Of a stretch of DNA of 62,876 nt, positions 28,939 to 38,955 are shown one piece after another. Position 1 is the stretch's first letter. Each line of letters starts with the position of its first letter. This DNA comes from a virus (Duplodnaviria; Caudoviricetes). The notes below the pieces were generated by a model that was given only the letters and a program-made list of their open reading frames with translations, searched no databases and was not told where the DNA came from. The position numbers and the translations under genes are program-made. The DNA lies in the IMG/VR virus record IMGVR_UViG_3300037558_002528, positions 1 through 62,876 of that record; one strand, written 5' to 3'.

Positions 28939-29816
28939 GCTGGCGCCACGACCAACTGGCCAACGACCTGGCCAAGCACCTGCGCAGCGTGGGCGACCGT
29001 GTGGTGTGGACCGACATGCAGTTGGGCCCGTCCGGATCGCCGCGCCCGGACGTCTACACCATCCCGAAGAGCTACGCCAAGTTCCGACCGCTGGCCTACG
29101 AGGTCAAGATCTCGGTGGCCGACTTCCGCCGCGACATCACCGCCGGCAAGTGGCAGTCGTACCTCAAGTTCGCCTCGGGCGTCATCTTCGCGGTGCCGGC
29201 CGGGTTGATCCGGAAGGAGGAGGTCCCTGCAGGCTGCGGCCTCATCGCCCGCAACGACAGCGGCTGGCACAACCTCAAGGGCCCGACGCTGGCCAAGGTC
29301 GACACGCTGCCGCAGGAGGTCTGGCTGAAGCTGCTCATCGATGGGATCGGGCGGGAGGTCACGCGCAACGACCCAGTGACGCGCACGGCTTCGGAGTTCC
29401 ACGCGGAGGACCAGATCCGCAAGAAGTTCGGCGAGGACCTCGCCCGCGCCCTGAGCGATCGGGGCATGGCGCGATACAAACTCGAACTGGAGACGGCGAA
29501 GCTGAAGACGTCGACCAAGGAACTGGAGGACGCCGAGCGCGAGCGCATGCAACACGCCCGCAAGCGGATTGAGGAAGAGCTGGCGCACCTTCGGTATTCG
29601 CAGTCTGCCTTTGCCGTGGCCCTGGGCGTGCCGAAGGATGCTTCCGGCTACGACATTGCGCACGCCGCGCTTGAGGCCCGCCAGCGCCTGGTGGGCAACG
29701 GAGAGATCGAGCGCCTGCGCGAGAAGTTGCGGCACGCGCGCCGGTACTTGGACGATGGCCTTGAGGATCTGCCCACCGTCGATCCTGGCGCTTTCCAAGC
29801 GGAGGAGCTGCTGTGA
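28935..29816 (+). CDS. MmcB-like PD-(D/E)XK protein
   Basis: RPDVY, YEVKISVADFRRD, KWQSYL, PAGCGLI. Confidence 0.75.
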   Translation: MSWRHDQLANDLAKHLRSVGDRVVWTDMQLGPSGSPRPDVYTIPKSYAKFRPLAYEVKISVADFRRDITAGKWQSYLKFASGVIFAVPAGLIRKEEVPAGCGLIARNDSGWHNLKGPTLAKVDTLPQEVWLKLLIDGIGREVTRNDPVTRTASEFHAEDQIRKKFGEDLARALSDRGMARYKLELETAKLKTSTKELEDAERERMQHARKRIEEELAHLRYSQSAFAVALGVPKDASGYDIAHAALEARQRLVGNGEIERLREKLRHARRYLDDGLEDLPTVDPGAFQAEELL

Positions 29817-29916
29817 GCACCGACACCGTGGATCTGGTCCTGACCATCATCCTGTTGGCCGCCCCGTTCGCAGGCGTCCTGGCCATGTTCGTCCATCACG
29901 CAGCACGGGAGGGCCA

Positions 29917-30225
29917 ATGACGCGCGTGTACGTGGCCGGGCCCATGACCGGCCTGCCCGAACTGAACTTCCCCGCCTTCCACGCGGCCGCCGCCGAGCTG
30001 CGCGCCCAGGGCTTCGACGTGGTGAACCCCGCCGAGATCAACGCCGACCCGTCCGCCGGCTGGGTGGCCTGCATGCGCGCCGACATCGCGCAGCTGGTCA
30101 CCTGCGACGAGATCCTGCTGCTGCCCGGCTGGGAGAACTCGCGCGGCGCGACGCTGGAGCGCCACATCGCCCTGAAGCTGGAGATGGGCGTCCGCTACCA
30201 CCAACACCCGAGGAACGAATCATGA
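29917..30225 (+). CDS. DUF4406 (nucleoside deoxyribosyltransferase-like) protein
   Basis: RVYVAGPMTG...NFPAF, VNPAE, LPGWENSRGATLE. Confidence 0.88.
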   Translation: MTRVYVAGPMTGLPELNFPAFHAAAAELRAQGFDVVNPAEINADPSAGWVACMRADIAQLVTCDEILLLPGWENSRGATLERHIALKLEMGVRYHQHPRNES

Positions 30226-30385
30226 TGAAGGTCCGCAACATGGCCAAGCTAGTGCGCCTGGAGGCCGAGCGCCGGCAGTACATCCGCATGAAGAACCGGC
30301 TTCTGTACGGGCGCATGACCGCAGCAACGGCGCGCCTGCCAGGTGGCCTGCGCGGCATTGGCGCAGTTCGTGGGGAGCTCGCGCC

Positions 30386-30715
30386 ATGAGCCGCCAGCCC
30401 ACCATCAACGAGGATTTGGCCGAGACCATCCTGCTCACCATGGAGCGCGGCGTCGATTACGAGGCCAGCGAGCTCGCTGACCGGATGGAGCTGCCCACCA
30501 GGTCGATTTACCTGATGCTGCGCCAGCTGGAGGATCGCGGCGACCTGACCAGCAAGCGTGCCGGCCGGGAACGTCTCTTCCAGAAGCGGGACCCGGCCAT
30601 GGTCGCCGCCCGTGTGCAGCCGCCCATCGAGGCCAAGCCGCTCACCGGCTACGACCTTGGGCGCCACATGCGCCTGTGCCAGGGCAGCCGCAAGCCGGAC
30701 ACGGGGATGGCCTGA
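30386..30715 (+). CDS. Winged-HTH protein
   Basis: ASELADRMELPTRSIYLMLRQLEDRG. Confidence 0.65.
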   Translation: MSRQPTINEDLAETILLTMERGVDYEASELADRMELPTRSIYLMLRQLEDRGDLTSKRAGRERLFQKRDPAMVAARVQPPIEAKPLTGYDLGRHMRLCQGSRKPDTGMA

Positions 30716-30945
30716 TGGCGCTGCCGTCACGGAACTACCGGGATCCGCTGGAGCAGCTCATCGAGCGCGAGGCGGCGACGTGCAAGGGGTGCGCGTTCCA
30801 GGTGGTGGTCTTTACCCGCCAGACCTGCAGCAAACAGAATCAGCAACACGGCCGGCGCTGCCGGCACTACACGGAGAAAGAGGGAAAGAGCCATGTTCAA
30901 TGCGACCGCAAAACGGGTGCCACGCAAGATCGAGGCGATGAATGA
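30715..30945 (+). CDS. Small Cys-rich phage protein preceding Q
   Basis: YRDPLEQL...CKGC...C...RC..Y. Confidence 0.6.
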   Translation: MALPSRNYRDPLEQLIEREAATCKGCAFQVVVFTRQTCSKQNQQHGRRCRHYTEKEGKSHVQCDRKTGATQDRGDE

Positions 30946-31273
30946 TCGCCAGCGCGATGGGACGGAGTACTGCCTCGACGTCTGGGCCGCCTGGATGCGT
31001 AAGGATGACCGGGACCTGGGCGTGCAGAGCATGAGGGGCGAGAGCGAAGGGGACGCCGCGCTGGCGCGCCGTGACAACGAAATCGCCGAGGCCACCGACG
31101 CCATGATGCAGAGCCTGGTCCTGCGCCACCGGTGGGCGATCTGGAAGAAGTTCGGCATCACGACTGCCTGGCGCTTTCCGAACGCCGACCTGGCTGAGAC
31201 GTACGTGGAGGCTGTTGCGGCCCTGGAACCGCTCTTGCGGAAAAATGTTGCAACTCGAATGCAGTTCGGGTAA
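30893..31273 (+). CDS. Probable late antiterminator (Q-like)
   Basis: Last early gene, followed by a sigma70 promoter and terminator; LDVWAAWM helix; start may be 30938. Confidence 0.6.
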   Translation: MFNATAKRVPRKIEAMNDRQRDGTEYCLDVWAAWMRKDDRDLGVQSMRGESEGDAALARRDNEIAEATDAMMQSLVLRHRWAIWKKFGITTAWRFPNADLAETYVEAVAALEPLLRKNVATRMQFG

Positions 31274-31276
31274 ATT
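31248..31276 (+). promoter_or_regulatory. pR'-like late promoter
   Basis: TTGCAA-17 nt-TAAATT overlapping the end of the Q-like gene. Confidence 0.65.
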
Positions 31277-31329
31277 TCGCGTCACGGGGTGTTTCTGCTC
31301 GCCTGAAGGAAAGTAGAGACACCACATCG

Positions 31330-31363
31330 AAGCCTCGTTTCTCATCGGAAGCGGGGCTTTTTT
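31330..31363 (+). terminator. tR'-like intrinsic terminator
   Basis: AAGCCTCGTTTC...GAAGCGGGGCTT followed by a T tract. Confidence 0.7.
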
Positions 31364-31421
31364 GTTTCCGCTTTTTCATTATTGGCCGCTCTTGCGGCTT
31401 TTTTCATTTCTGGAGCCCAGA

Positions 31422-31661
31422 ATGCCTAAGATGCGCGCCAAGATGCAGTTGAACAAGATCGAGCAGCACGTCGGCTGCGAAGTGCTGCACTTCAATGCCG
31501 TTGCCGCCGCGAGCTACCCCTCGGATGGTAGCGACGAAGACAACACCTTCGCCAAGTTCTCGCCCTCGGCCACCCTGAGCCTGACCGTCGCCAACCCTGC
31601 GCTGATCGGCCAGTTCAAGGTCGGCCAGAAGTATTACGTGGATTTCAGCCCGGCCGAATAA
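31422..31661 (+). CDS. Small conserved phage protein, first late gene
   Basis: MRAKM...EDNTFAKFSPSA.LSLTVANP...F.VGQKYYVDF; SD GGAG. Confidence 0.75.
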   Translation: MPKMRAKMQLNKIEQHVGCEVLHFNAVAAASYPSDGSDEDNTFAKFSPSATLSLTVANPALIGQFKVGQKYYVDFSPAE

Positions 31662-31897
31662 GGCCTGGCAGCGAGCTTCCTCTGGCCGCGTAGGAATGGA
31701 AACATAACGCGTGCATAAGCCCAGTCGAGCGATTGACTGGGCTTTCTTTTTTGGGATGCGAAACCCGATCCCTGTCCGTTTGAGGCAGGGCACCACCGGT
31801 GAGCATTGTGAGCAGTGCCAGCGGAGTGACCAGTCACGCTGGGGCGCTTGACGCCCTAACCGCCGCCGGGACGCTGTAACCCGGCACCAGTTTCCGT

Positions 31898-31972
31898 TTG
31901 CCCTAAAGATTGCGGTGGTCGGCTGGTCTCCAAAACCGTGCAGCGGCGGTTCGAATCCGTCAGGGCATGCCA
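31898..31972 (+). tRNA. Degenerate tRNA-Trp(CCA)
   Basis: TGCCCT/AGGGCA acceptor, CTCCAAA loop, GGCGG-TTCGAAT-CCGTC T arm, GCCA end; D arm eroded. Confidence 0.55.
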
Positions 31973-31973
31973 T

Positions 31974-32048
31974 GCAGCCGTAGCTCAGTGGTAGAGCTAC
32001 AGCCTTCCAAGCTGAGGACGAAGGGTTCGATTCCCACCGGCTGCTCCA
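31974..32048 (+). tRNA. tRNA-Gly(TCC), with mismatches in the T stem
   Basis: GCAGCCG/CGGCTGC acceptor, GCTC/GAGC D stem, CTTCCAA loop, TTCGATT, TCCA end. Confidence 0.8.
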
Positions 32049-32132
32049 CCATCATCGTAGTGTCTCCCTGGAGAAATCCAGCTTGCCCGCAGCCCGCAAG
32101 GGTCGCGGGCTTTTTCATTTCGGAAGAATCCA

Positions 32133-32381
32133 ATGTCGCAAGTCAACATCAATGGCTCTCTGTTCGATGCCGGCTTCACGCTCTCGGGCTGCGTGCTGGA
32201 TTCGACCAACACCTACGTGATCCATCCGGATTCCTTGCAGCAGGCGCTGACCTACAACGGTCCGGGCGGTGCGGTGGACTCCGTGACCGTCGGGCCCGAC
32301 CTGCGCGGGTTTTTCTACAAACAGACCGTGACCTACACCGGGGCAAATCCTACGGGCTTCTCTGCGTGGGTGAAGCAATGA
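32133..32381 (+). CDS. Small beta-rich phage protein coupled to the SGNH gene
   Basis: ATGA overlap with 32378. Confidence 0.65.
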   Translation: MSQVNINGSLFDAGFTLSGCVLDSTNTYVIHPDSLQQALTYNGPGGAVDSVTVGPDLRGFFYKQTVTYTGANPTGFSAWVKQ

Positions 32382-34570
32382 GCATCGTCGACCAGATCAA
32401 GAGCGCTGCCATTCTGGGGCTGGCAAAGAATCCAGTCGTCATCACCGGCACCCTGGGCGCGGGCAATGTTCTCACTGCCTCGCTGCGCGCCGGCTTCTCG
32501 GCCACAGGCTTTCAGTGGACCAGCAACGGGTCGGACATCTCCGGCCAGACCGCCAACACCTATACCCAGCTCACTACGGACCGAGGATCTGTGATCGGGT
32601 GTCGCGCAATCGGGCTGGCATATGCGGGCAGCGCGGGCACCGTGCCAGTGGCCGTTCCCGGCGTACCGACAGGCTTGACGGCCACGGCAGGTAATGGCCA
32701 GATTTCTGGTGTAGCCATTGCACCTGCCGACAATGGAGGGGCAGCAATCACCGGCTATCAGATGCCCGTGTATCGTGCTTCGGACAATGTGTTGTTGGGA
32801 ACAGCAGCAGGCGCAGCGCCGAACCTGACATTGACAGGAATTGCGAACGGCGTCGCAGTCTATGTGAAAATGGCAGCGGTCAATTCGGTCGGAGTTGGTC
32901 CGCTTACTGCTGCCTCCAATATTGTGACACCCGCAGCTGGTCCGGCCGTTACCAGCGCTCCGACGATCAATTCCGAACCGCGCGTTTACGAATTGCTGGA
33001 TGCAACGCCGGCCACATTTAGCGGCGCGGATACCGTCGTCAGCAGTGTTTATGCCGATGGTGTGTTGCAAGGCCCGTTGCCTTTCCGCGTCACGATTGCC
33101 TGCATCAATAAAACGCTTACGGTTCTCTCCGTGGGGACCAACTCTTCGGGCAGCACGCCGAGCAGCTCATCCGGTTCGCAGTGTCGTCCTGTGCTTTCTG
33201 CGTCCAAACGCACAGTCCTTTCGCCTTCGGTGTCGACGGCTGGTACGAACAACGTGCGCACCTCGCGTTTGGGGGATATCAGCAACGAAACGGTAGTTGA
33301 CCCATTCTTTGAAATCTGGAATGGTTGGGTTGACGCGTCGGCCACAACTGTTGCGGGCGAAAAAGGCGTGGGTAACGTGGTGCCATACCGCCTAGCGCTT
33401 TTGTTGAACCTGAACGGGATCAGCCAAGACCAATCGTCGGCCACGCAGTACCTGCCGACATGGTTCAAAGCTGCGGCGGGCAACTCCGGCTACCTGTACA
33501 AATTGGATGGTAGCGAAGCTACGGCAGCGGAGTTCACGGCGGCCGGTGGCCTGCTATCGGGCGACGGCTACACCATCACGATGCCGGATGGCTGGCGCGC
33601 GAACTCTGACCGGCTTACCGGCGTAACAATCGTCAAAAACACCCGTTACATGGTGGTCAGCGAGTGCGCCCCGGCGGTCGGTGCCAAATATCCGAGCGGC
33701 GTCGTGTCGTCCGGTCGCGCTGATCTTGGCGACATGAACAAAGACGCCACATTCTCGAATGCCATTACGGTCAAGAACTGGACGACTCTTTCCGGCGTGG
33801 CGACGGGTTCTGTTATCGCCGCACCGTGCAATGTGTACGGGTTCGGAACGTTCGGCAAAAAGACGGTTACAGCAGGCGGCGACAGTATTGCTCGCGAAAA
33901 CCACGATAGCCAAACACCGACGGGCGTGCTGTATGGCGATGCGGATGGTTGCTGCGCGTTCCTGAATCGTGCGCTCAACATCGGCGGCTATAACTGGACT
34001 CGTGCAGCAGTCAGCGGGACCAGCGCAACCAACGTTGCCAAAAACGGCGGCTATGCGCAACGTGCATTGCAAGGCCGGTTCGCAGATGCCGACATTTGCA
34101 ACATGGGGAACAACGACCGTGGCTTACCGTGGCTTGGTGCAGCCGGAACGGGGCTCTATCAAACATTGCGGTTCTTGTGGGCCACCATTCGTAACTACCG
34201 CAAGAACGGCAGTACGTCGGCAATTTGCGCTGTGACGTTTCCCCCGCAAGCCACTTCTACCGATCTTTGGGCAACGACTGCAAATCAGACCGTAACCTAT
34301 CTGTCCACAGCGGCAGGTAACGCAAACTATCGACCGTTCCTCAATGCGGGAGTCTTTGGCGCTGGAGACTGCACAGCAGGATACGACATGTATGCCGCGT
34401 TGTACGCTGCCGCGACTGCTGCTGGGTTCACGGATATTGTGGATCTTAAAATTCCGGCTAATGGCACGGCACAGGCAGGTTATTTCGACAGCACACACCA
34501 GCAAGCAGTCTTGCACGCTGGAGTTGCATCCGACATGGCGTCGAAGATGCCGGCATTGATTGGGTTCTAA
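32378..34570 (+). CDS. Ig/FN3-domain protein with C-terminal SGNH/GDSL esterase
   Basis: FN3 (PGVPTGLTATAGNG...APADNGGAAITGY...AVNSVGVG), GDSI, MGNND, DSTH catalytic blocks. Confidence 0.8.
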   Translation: MSIVDQIKSAAILGLAKNPVVITGTLGAGNVLTASLRAGFSATGFQWTSNGSDISGQTANTYTQLTTDRGSVIGCRAIGLAYAGSAGTVPVAVPGVPTGLTATAGNGQISGVAIAPADNGGAAITGYQMPVYRASDNVLLGTAAGAAPNLTLTGIANGVAVYVKMAAVNSVGVGPLTAASNIVTPAAGPAVTSAPTINSEPRVYELLDATPATFSGADTVVSSVYADGVLQGPLPFRVTIACINKTLTVLSVGTNSSGSTPSSSSGSQCRPVLSASKRTVLSPSVSTAGTNNVRTSRLGDISNETVVDPFFEIWNGWVDASATTVAGEKGVGNVVPYRLALLLNLNGISQDQSSATQYLPTWFKAAAGNSGYLYKLDGSEATAAEFTAAGGLLSGDGYTITMPDGWRANSDRLTGVTIVKNTRYMVVSECAPAVGAKYPSGVVSSGRADLGDMNKDATFSNAITVKNWTTLSGVATGSVIAAPCNVYGFGTFGKKTVTAGGDSIARENHDSQTPTGVLYGDADGCCAFLNRALNIGGYNWTRAAVSGTSATNVAKNGGYAQRALQGRFADADICNMGNNDRGLPWLGAAGTGLYQTLRFLWATIRNYRKNGSTSAICAVTFPPQATSTDLWATTANQTVTYLSTAAGNANYRPFLNAGVFGAGDCTAGYDMYAALYAAATAAGFTDIVDLKIPANGTAQAGYFDSTHQQAVLHAGVASDMASKMPALIGF

Positions 34571-34741
34571 GTTATTTTGGGGCTGCTAGATCCGTAAGGG
34601 CCTCAAGCAATTATTTCCCCGCTCGCCGGCAACACGGGTAAATGACCGGCATGGCTCGCACGATATGGAAGCCCTCCTTCTCCGGGCGCAATGCCCGTTT
34701 TATTCGGCGCGGGGCGAGCAGTAGTTCAAGAGGTTTTTCCC

Positions 34742-35521
34742 ATGAGGATCACAGACAAAATCCGGCGTCTGGTCGATGAGTACTTGATCGACCTGAACGC
34801 GGCGCAGGCGGCTATCCGCGCTGGCTACAGCCCGCGCACCGCCAAGCAGATCGCGTACGAGACGCTCAATAAGCCGGAGGTGCAGGAGCTGGTGCGCGAG
34901 CGCCAGGCCGCTCTGGCCGAGCGCACCGAGATCACCCAGGACGCTGTGCTGCAGCGCCTGTGGGCAATCGCAACCGCCGACCCCTCGCAGCTGATGCAGT
35001 TTCGCCGCACCTGCTGCCGGTACTGCTGGGGCAAGAAGTTCGGCTACCAGCGCACCGCGCAGGAGATGAAGGCCGACCGGGCCAGCCACGCTAAGACGAT
35101 GGCCGAGAAGAAGGCCGAAGCCACCCGCGCTGGCCAGGCGTTCATGGAAACGCCCTTCGACCAGGCCGGCGGCACCGGGTACGACGCGCGCAAAGATCCG
35201 AATCCGAAGTGCCCGGAGTGCTTCGGCCAGGGCCACGGGAACGCTTACTTCGAAGACACCCGGAAGCTGCAGGGCAATGCCAAGTTCCTGTATGCCGGTG
35301 TGAAGCAGGGCAAAGAGGGCCTGGAGGTCAAGACCCTGGACCCGATCGAGGCCCTGAAGCTGGTTGGCCAGCACCTGGGCATGTTCAAGACGAAGGTGGA
35401 ACACAGCGGCGCGAATGGCCAGCCGCTCGCGCCTCCAGTGTTCCACGTCACATTTGCGGGAGAGGAAGGCGATGGCGGCGGTCAATCTGACGTTCGCGCC
35501 CAAGTTCCGCCCCCTGTTTAA
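34742..35521 (+). CDS. Terminase small subunit with zinc-finger insertion
   Basis: [23 protein letters not shown]...[18 protein letters not shown]. Confidence 0.9.
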   Translation: MRITDKIRRLVDEYLIDLNAAQAAIRAGYSPRTAKQIAYETLNKPEVQELVRERQAALAERTEITQDAVLQRLWAIATADPSQLMQFRRTCCRYCWGKKFGYQRTAQEMKADRASHAKTMAEKKAEATRAGQAFMETPFDQAGGTGYDARKDPNPKCPECFGQGHGNAYFEDTRKLQGNAKFLYAGVKQGKEGLEVKTLDPIEALKLVGQHLGMFKTKVEHSGANGQPLAPPVFHVTFAGEEGDGGGQSDVRAQVPPPV

Positions 35522-36746
35522 ACCGAAGCGCTACAAGGTCTTCTACGGTGGCCGCGGCGGCGCCAAATCCTGGGAAATCGCTCGGGCACTGATCTTGATC
35601 GCGAGCAGCCGGAAGGTGCGTATCCTCTGCGCGCGCGAGGTGCAGAACACGATCAAGGACTCTGTCCTGAAGCTGTTGAAGGACCAGATCGATAAGTTGG
35701 GTCTCGGGCCGTGGTTTCATACGACGGATAGCAGCATCCGCAGCTCGGTCGGTTCTGAATTCATCTTCAAGGGCCTGCGTACGGACCCGAACGGGGTGAA
35801 GTCGACCGAGGGCATCGATATCTGCTGGGTGGAGGAAGCGCAGACGGTCTCCGCCGACTCTTGGGAGGTCCTGACTCCAACCATCCGCCAGGAAGGATCC
35901 GAAATCTGGATCAGTCTGAATCCAGGTGAGGAGGATGATCCGACCTACCAGCGCTTCGTGGCCAATCCGCCGGACAATTCGGTGGTGGTCGAGGTGAATT
36001 ATTACGACAACCCCTGGTTCCCCGATGTGCTCCGCCAGGAGATGGAGTATTGCAAGCGCGTCGATTACGATGCCTACGAGCACATTTGGCTGGGCAGGCC
36101 GAAGAAGATCAGCGCCGCAGTTATCTTCGCGGGCAAGTACCGCGTGGACGCGTTCAGCGATGACCTCTGGCGCCAGGCAGATCGCCTGTTCTTCGGTGCC
36201 GACTTCGGTTTTGCACAGGATCCATCCACGCTGATCCGATCCTTCGTGATTGGTAACAAGCTCTACATCGAGTACGAGGCCTACGGAATCGGCGTGGAGC
36301 TGGACGAGATGTGGAAGCTGTATGCAGGCAAGGAGGGCGCAACCGCTGAGCAGCTAGCCACCTGGAAGCCGGGCGACGATGCCAAGTTCCCCGGGATCCC
36401 TGGGGCGCGCGACTGGCCGATCAAGGCCGATAACTCTCGGCCGGAAACAATCAGCTTCCTCAAGCGCCAGGGTTTCAACATCGCGGCAGCGGCCAAGTGG
36501 CAGGGTAGCGTCGAGGACGGCATTAGCCACCTGCGTGGCTTCGAAGAGATCGTGATTCACGAGCGCTGCAAGCACATGGCCGCCGAAGCGCGCCTTTATT
36601 CATACAAGGTCGACAAGACGACGAAGGAGATCCTTCCTGTCATCGTCGACAAGCACAATCACTGCTGGGACGGCGTGCGGTACGGTCTGGATGGCTACAT
36701 CCAGCAGCGCGGCGGCCTGGGCGTCTGGTCGCGCCTAGCTCAGTAA
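35472..36746 (+). CDS. Terminase large subunit (PBSX family)
   Basis: [33 protein letters not shown]. Confidence 0.93.
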   Translation: MAAVNLTFAPKFRPLFKPKRYKVFYGGRGGAKSWEIARALILIASSRKVRILCAREVQNTIKDSVLKLLKDQIDKLGLGPWFHTTDSSIRSSVGSEFIFKGLRTDPNGVKSTEGIDICWVEEAQTVSADSWEVLTPTIRQEGSEIWISLNPGEEDDPTYQRFVANPPDNSVVVEVNYYDNPWFPDVLRQEMEYCKRVDYDAYEHIWLGRPKKISAAVIFAGKYRVDAFSDDLWRQADRLFFGADFGFAQDPSTLIRSFVIGNKLYIEYEAYGIGVELDEMWKLYAGKEGATAEQLATWKPGDDAKFPGIPGARDWPIKADNSRPETISFLKRQGFNIAAAAKWQGSVEDGISHLRGFEEIVIHERCKHMAAEARLYSYKVDKTTKEILPVIVDKHNHCWDGVRYGLDGYIQQRGGLGVWSRLAQ

Positions 36747-36764
36747 AACCGAGGAATTGACACC

Positions 36765-38207
36765 ATGACCCGCAAATCGAAGCGATCTGCAGGCCACGCC
36801 GGCGCACGCCAGCAGACCAACGACTCGTTCCAGAACGCCCAGGCCCGCCTGGGCTGGGGCACGAACAACCAGTCCTCGGGCGCTACCTACTCGCTGTCGT
36901 ACCAAAGCCGAAACCGCGTGCAGCTGGAGGCCGCCTATCGCGGATCCTGGATCGTTCGGGCGGCCGTGGACGCCATCCCAGAGGACATGACCCGCTGCGG
37001 CGTGGAGATGTCGGGCATCGACCCGGCCTCCATCACCGAGATGGAGACTGCCATGGTCTCCCTGGGGATCTGGGACAAGTTGTGCGAGACCGGCAAGTGG
37101 GCGCGCCTGTATGGCGGCGCCATCGGCGTCATGCTGATCGAGGGCCAGGACCTGACCACACCGCTGCGCGTCGAGTCGATCGGCAAGGGCCAGTTCAAAG
37201 GGCTGGTGGTGCTGGACCGTTGGATGGTGGCGCCGCCGGTGGGCAAGGTGGTCACCGAGTTCGGCCCTGACATGGGCAAGCCGGTGTTCTACGACATCCT
37301 GGCCGAGTTCATGGGCCTGCCGAAGGGACGCATTCACTACAGCCGGGTCATCCGTCTGGAGGGCGATGATCTGCCGTATTACCAGCGCATCGCGGAGAAC
37401 GGCTGGGGCCTGTCTGTACTGGAACCTCTCTGGGACCGCCTGATCGCCTTTGATAGTGCCTCGGTCGGTGCCGGCCAACTGGTCTACAAGGCGCACCTGC
37501 GCACCTACTCCATTGAAGGCTTGCGGCAGATTATCGCGACGGGAGGGGATGCCCTGAAGGGTCTGCTGTCGCAGATCGAGTTCACCCGGCTTTCCCAGAC
37601 CAATGAGGGCATGACGGTGATCGACTCGACCGACAAATTCGAGGCGCACACCTATACCTTCGCCGGCCTCTCGGACATGCTGATCCAGTTCGCGCAGCAG
37701 CTGTCGGGCGCCCTGGGCATCCCACTGTCTCGCATCTTCGGGCAGTCCCCGGCCGGCCTGAGCGATACCGGCGAAGGGCCGCGGCGCCAGTACCACGAGA
37801 AGGTGCACCAGAAGCAGGAGAAAGACCTGCGCACGCCGCTGCAGCGCCTGTTCTCGGTGATGTCTATGTCGGTGCTGGGCAAAGAGCTCGATCCGAGCTT
37901 CCAATTTGCGTTCAAGACGCTGGACGAACCTACCGAGGTGGAGAAGGCGGAAGTGGCCGACAAGAAAACCACCACAGTGGTGAGTGCCCTGGACGCGAAC
38001 CTGATCAAGCGCTCTACGGCCATGAAAGAGCTCAAGGGCATGGCATCAGGCACCGGCATGTTCGGCAACATCACGGATGAAGAGATCCAAGATGCCGAGA
38101 AGCAAGAGCAGGACGAACCGCCCCCGGGCGCAGGGCTGGATCTGCCTGACCTGAGCTCCCTCACGACCAAGGACTCACTGCTCAAGCGGCTCTGGAAAAG
38201 ACGATGA
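36765..38207 (+). CDS. Portal protein (DUF1073 type)
   Basis: Position after TerL; WARLYGG, IHYSRVIR, GWGLSVLE, IPLSRIFGQSPAGL. Confidence 0.88.
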   Translation: MTRKSKRSAGHAGARQQTNDSFQNAQARLGWGTNNQSSGATYSLSYQSRNRVQLEAAYRGSWIVRAAVDAIPEDMTRCGVEMSGIDPASITEMETAMVSLGIWDKLCETGKWARLYGGAIGVMLIEGQDLTTPLRVESIGKGQFKGLVVLDRWMVAPPVGKVVTEFGPDMGKPVFYDILAEFMGLPKGRIHYSRVIRLEGDDLPYYQRIAENGWGLSVLEPLWDRLIAFDSASVGAGQLVYKAHLRTYSIEGLRQIIATGGDALKGLLSQIEFTRLSQTNEGMTVIDSTDKFEAHTYTFAGLSDMLIQFAQQLSGALGIPLSRIFGQSPAGLSDTGEGPRRQYHEKVHQKQEKDLRTPLQRLFSVMSMSVLGKELDPSFQFAFKTLDEPTEVEKAEVADKKTTTVVSALDANLIKRSTAMKELKGMASGTGMFGNITDEEIQDAEKQEQDEPPPGAGLDLPDLSSLTTKDSLLKRLWKRR

Positions 38208-38953
38208 TCATCACCCTGGATCGCCGGAAGAAGAACCGGAACCCGGTGCGCACCACTGGCGCCGAACAGCGCTACGCCATGCAACTAAAGAAGGTGGCGG
38301 CGCAGGTCCAGGCGATCATCAGCCCGTTCGAGCCCGGTGACATCCGGTCGGTGCCGACCATCCAGCAGCTACTGGATGCCTACGCCCAGATGCTCAAGCC
38401 GTGGGCCACCCAGACCGCCAGCAACATGCTGATGGACGTGGCGCTGCGCGATGAGAGCGCCTGGAGGACCATGGCCAAGGAAATGTCTCGGGCGCTACGC
38501 CTGGAGATCGCCGAGGCACCGACGGGCCGGGTGCTGCAGGATCTGCTGGCCGAGCAGGTCACCCTGATCACCAGCCTGCCGGTGGAGGCCGGCCAGCGCG
38601 TGCATGAGCTGACGCTCAAGGGCCTGGAGGACTCCACGCGCGCCAGCGAGATCGCCAAGGAGATCATGCGCTCGGGCGAGGTGACCAAGAGCCGGGCGCT
38701 GCTGATCGCCCAGACCGAGGTCAGCCGCACGGCCACCTCGCTCACCCAGGCCCGGGCCGAGTACGTCGGGAGCCCAGGGTATATCTGGCGCACCAGCGGT
38801 GACAGCGATGTTCGTGAGGATCATCGGGAACTGGAAGGCCAGTTCATCCCATGGAACCAGCCGCCCATCGCGGACAAGCGCACCGGCCGCCGGGCGCACG
38901 CCGGCTGCATCTATCGGTGCCGCTGTTTCCCAGAAGTAGTTATTCCTGATTGA
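38204..38953 (+). CDS. MuF/SPP1 gp7-like minor head protein
   Basis: RALLIAQTE, YIWRTSGDSDVREDH, HAGCIYRCRC. Confidence 0.9.
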   Translation: MIITLDRRKKNRNPVRTTGAEQRYAMQLKKVAAQVQAIISPFEPGDIRSVPTIQQLLDAYAQMLKPWATQTASNMLMDVALRDESAWRTMAKEMSRALRLEIAEAPTGRVLQDLLAEQVTLITSLPVEAGQRVHELTLKGLEDSTRASEIAKEIMRSGEVTKSRALLIAQTEVSRTATSLTQARAEYVGSPGYIWRTSGDSDVREDHRELEGQFIPWNQPPIADKRTGRRAHAGCIYRCRCFPEVVIPD

Positions 38954-38955
38954 CC

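Noticed and set aside
31910-32377. 886-aa version of the SGNH ORF
   Set aside because: The extension runs through two tRNAs, a terminator and another ORF; the coupled ATG at 32378 is the credible start
36765-38207. Anti-CBASS Acb1 label sometimes attached to DUF1073 proteins
   Set aside because: Size, position after TerL and motifs fit a portal; no 2H-phosphoesterase HxT pair is evident
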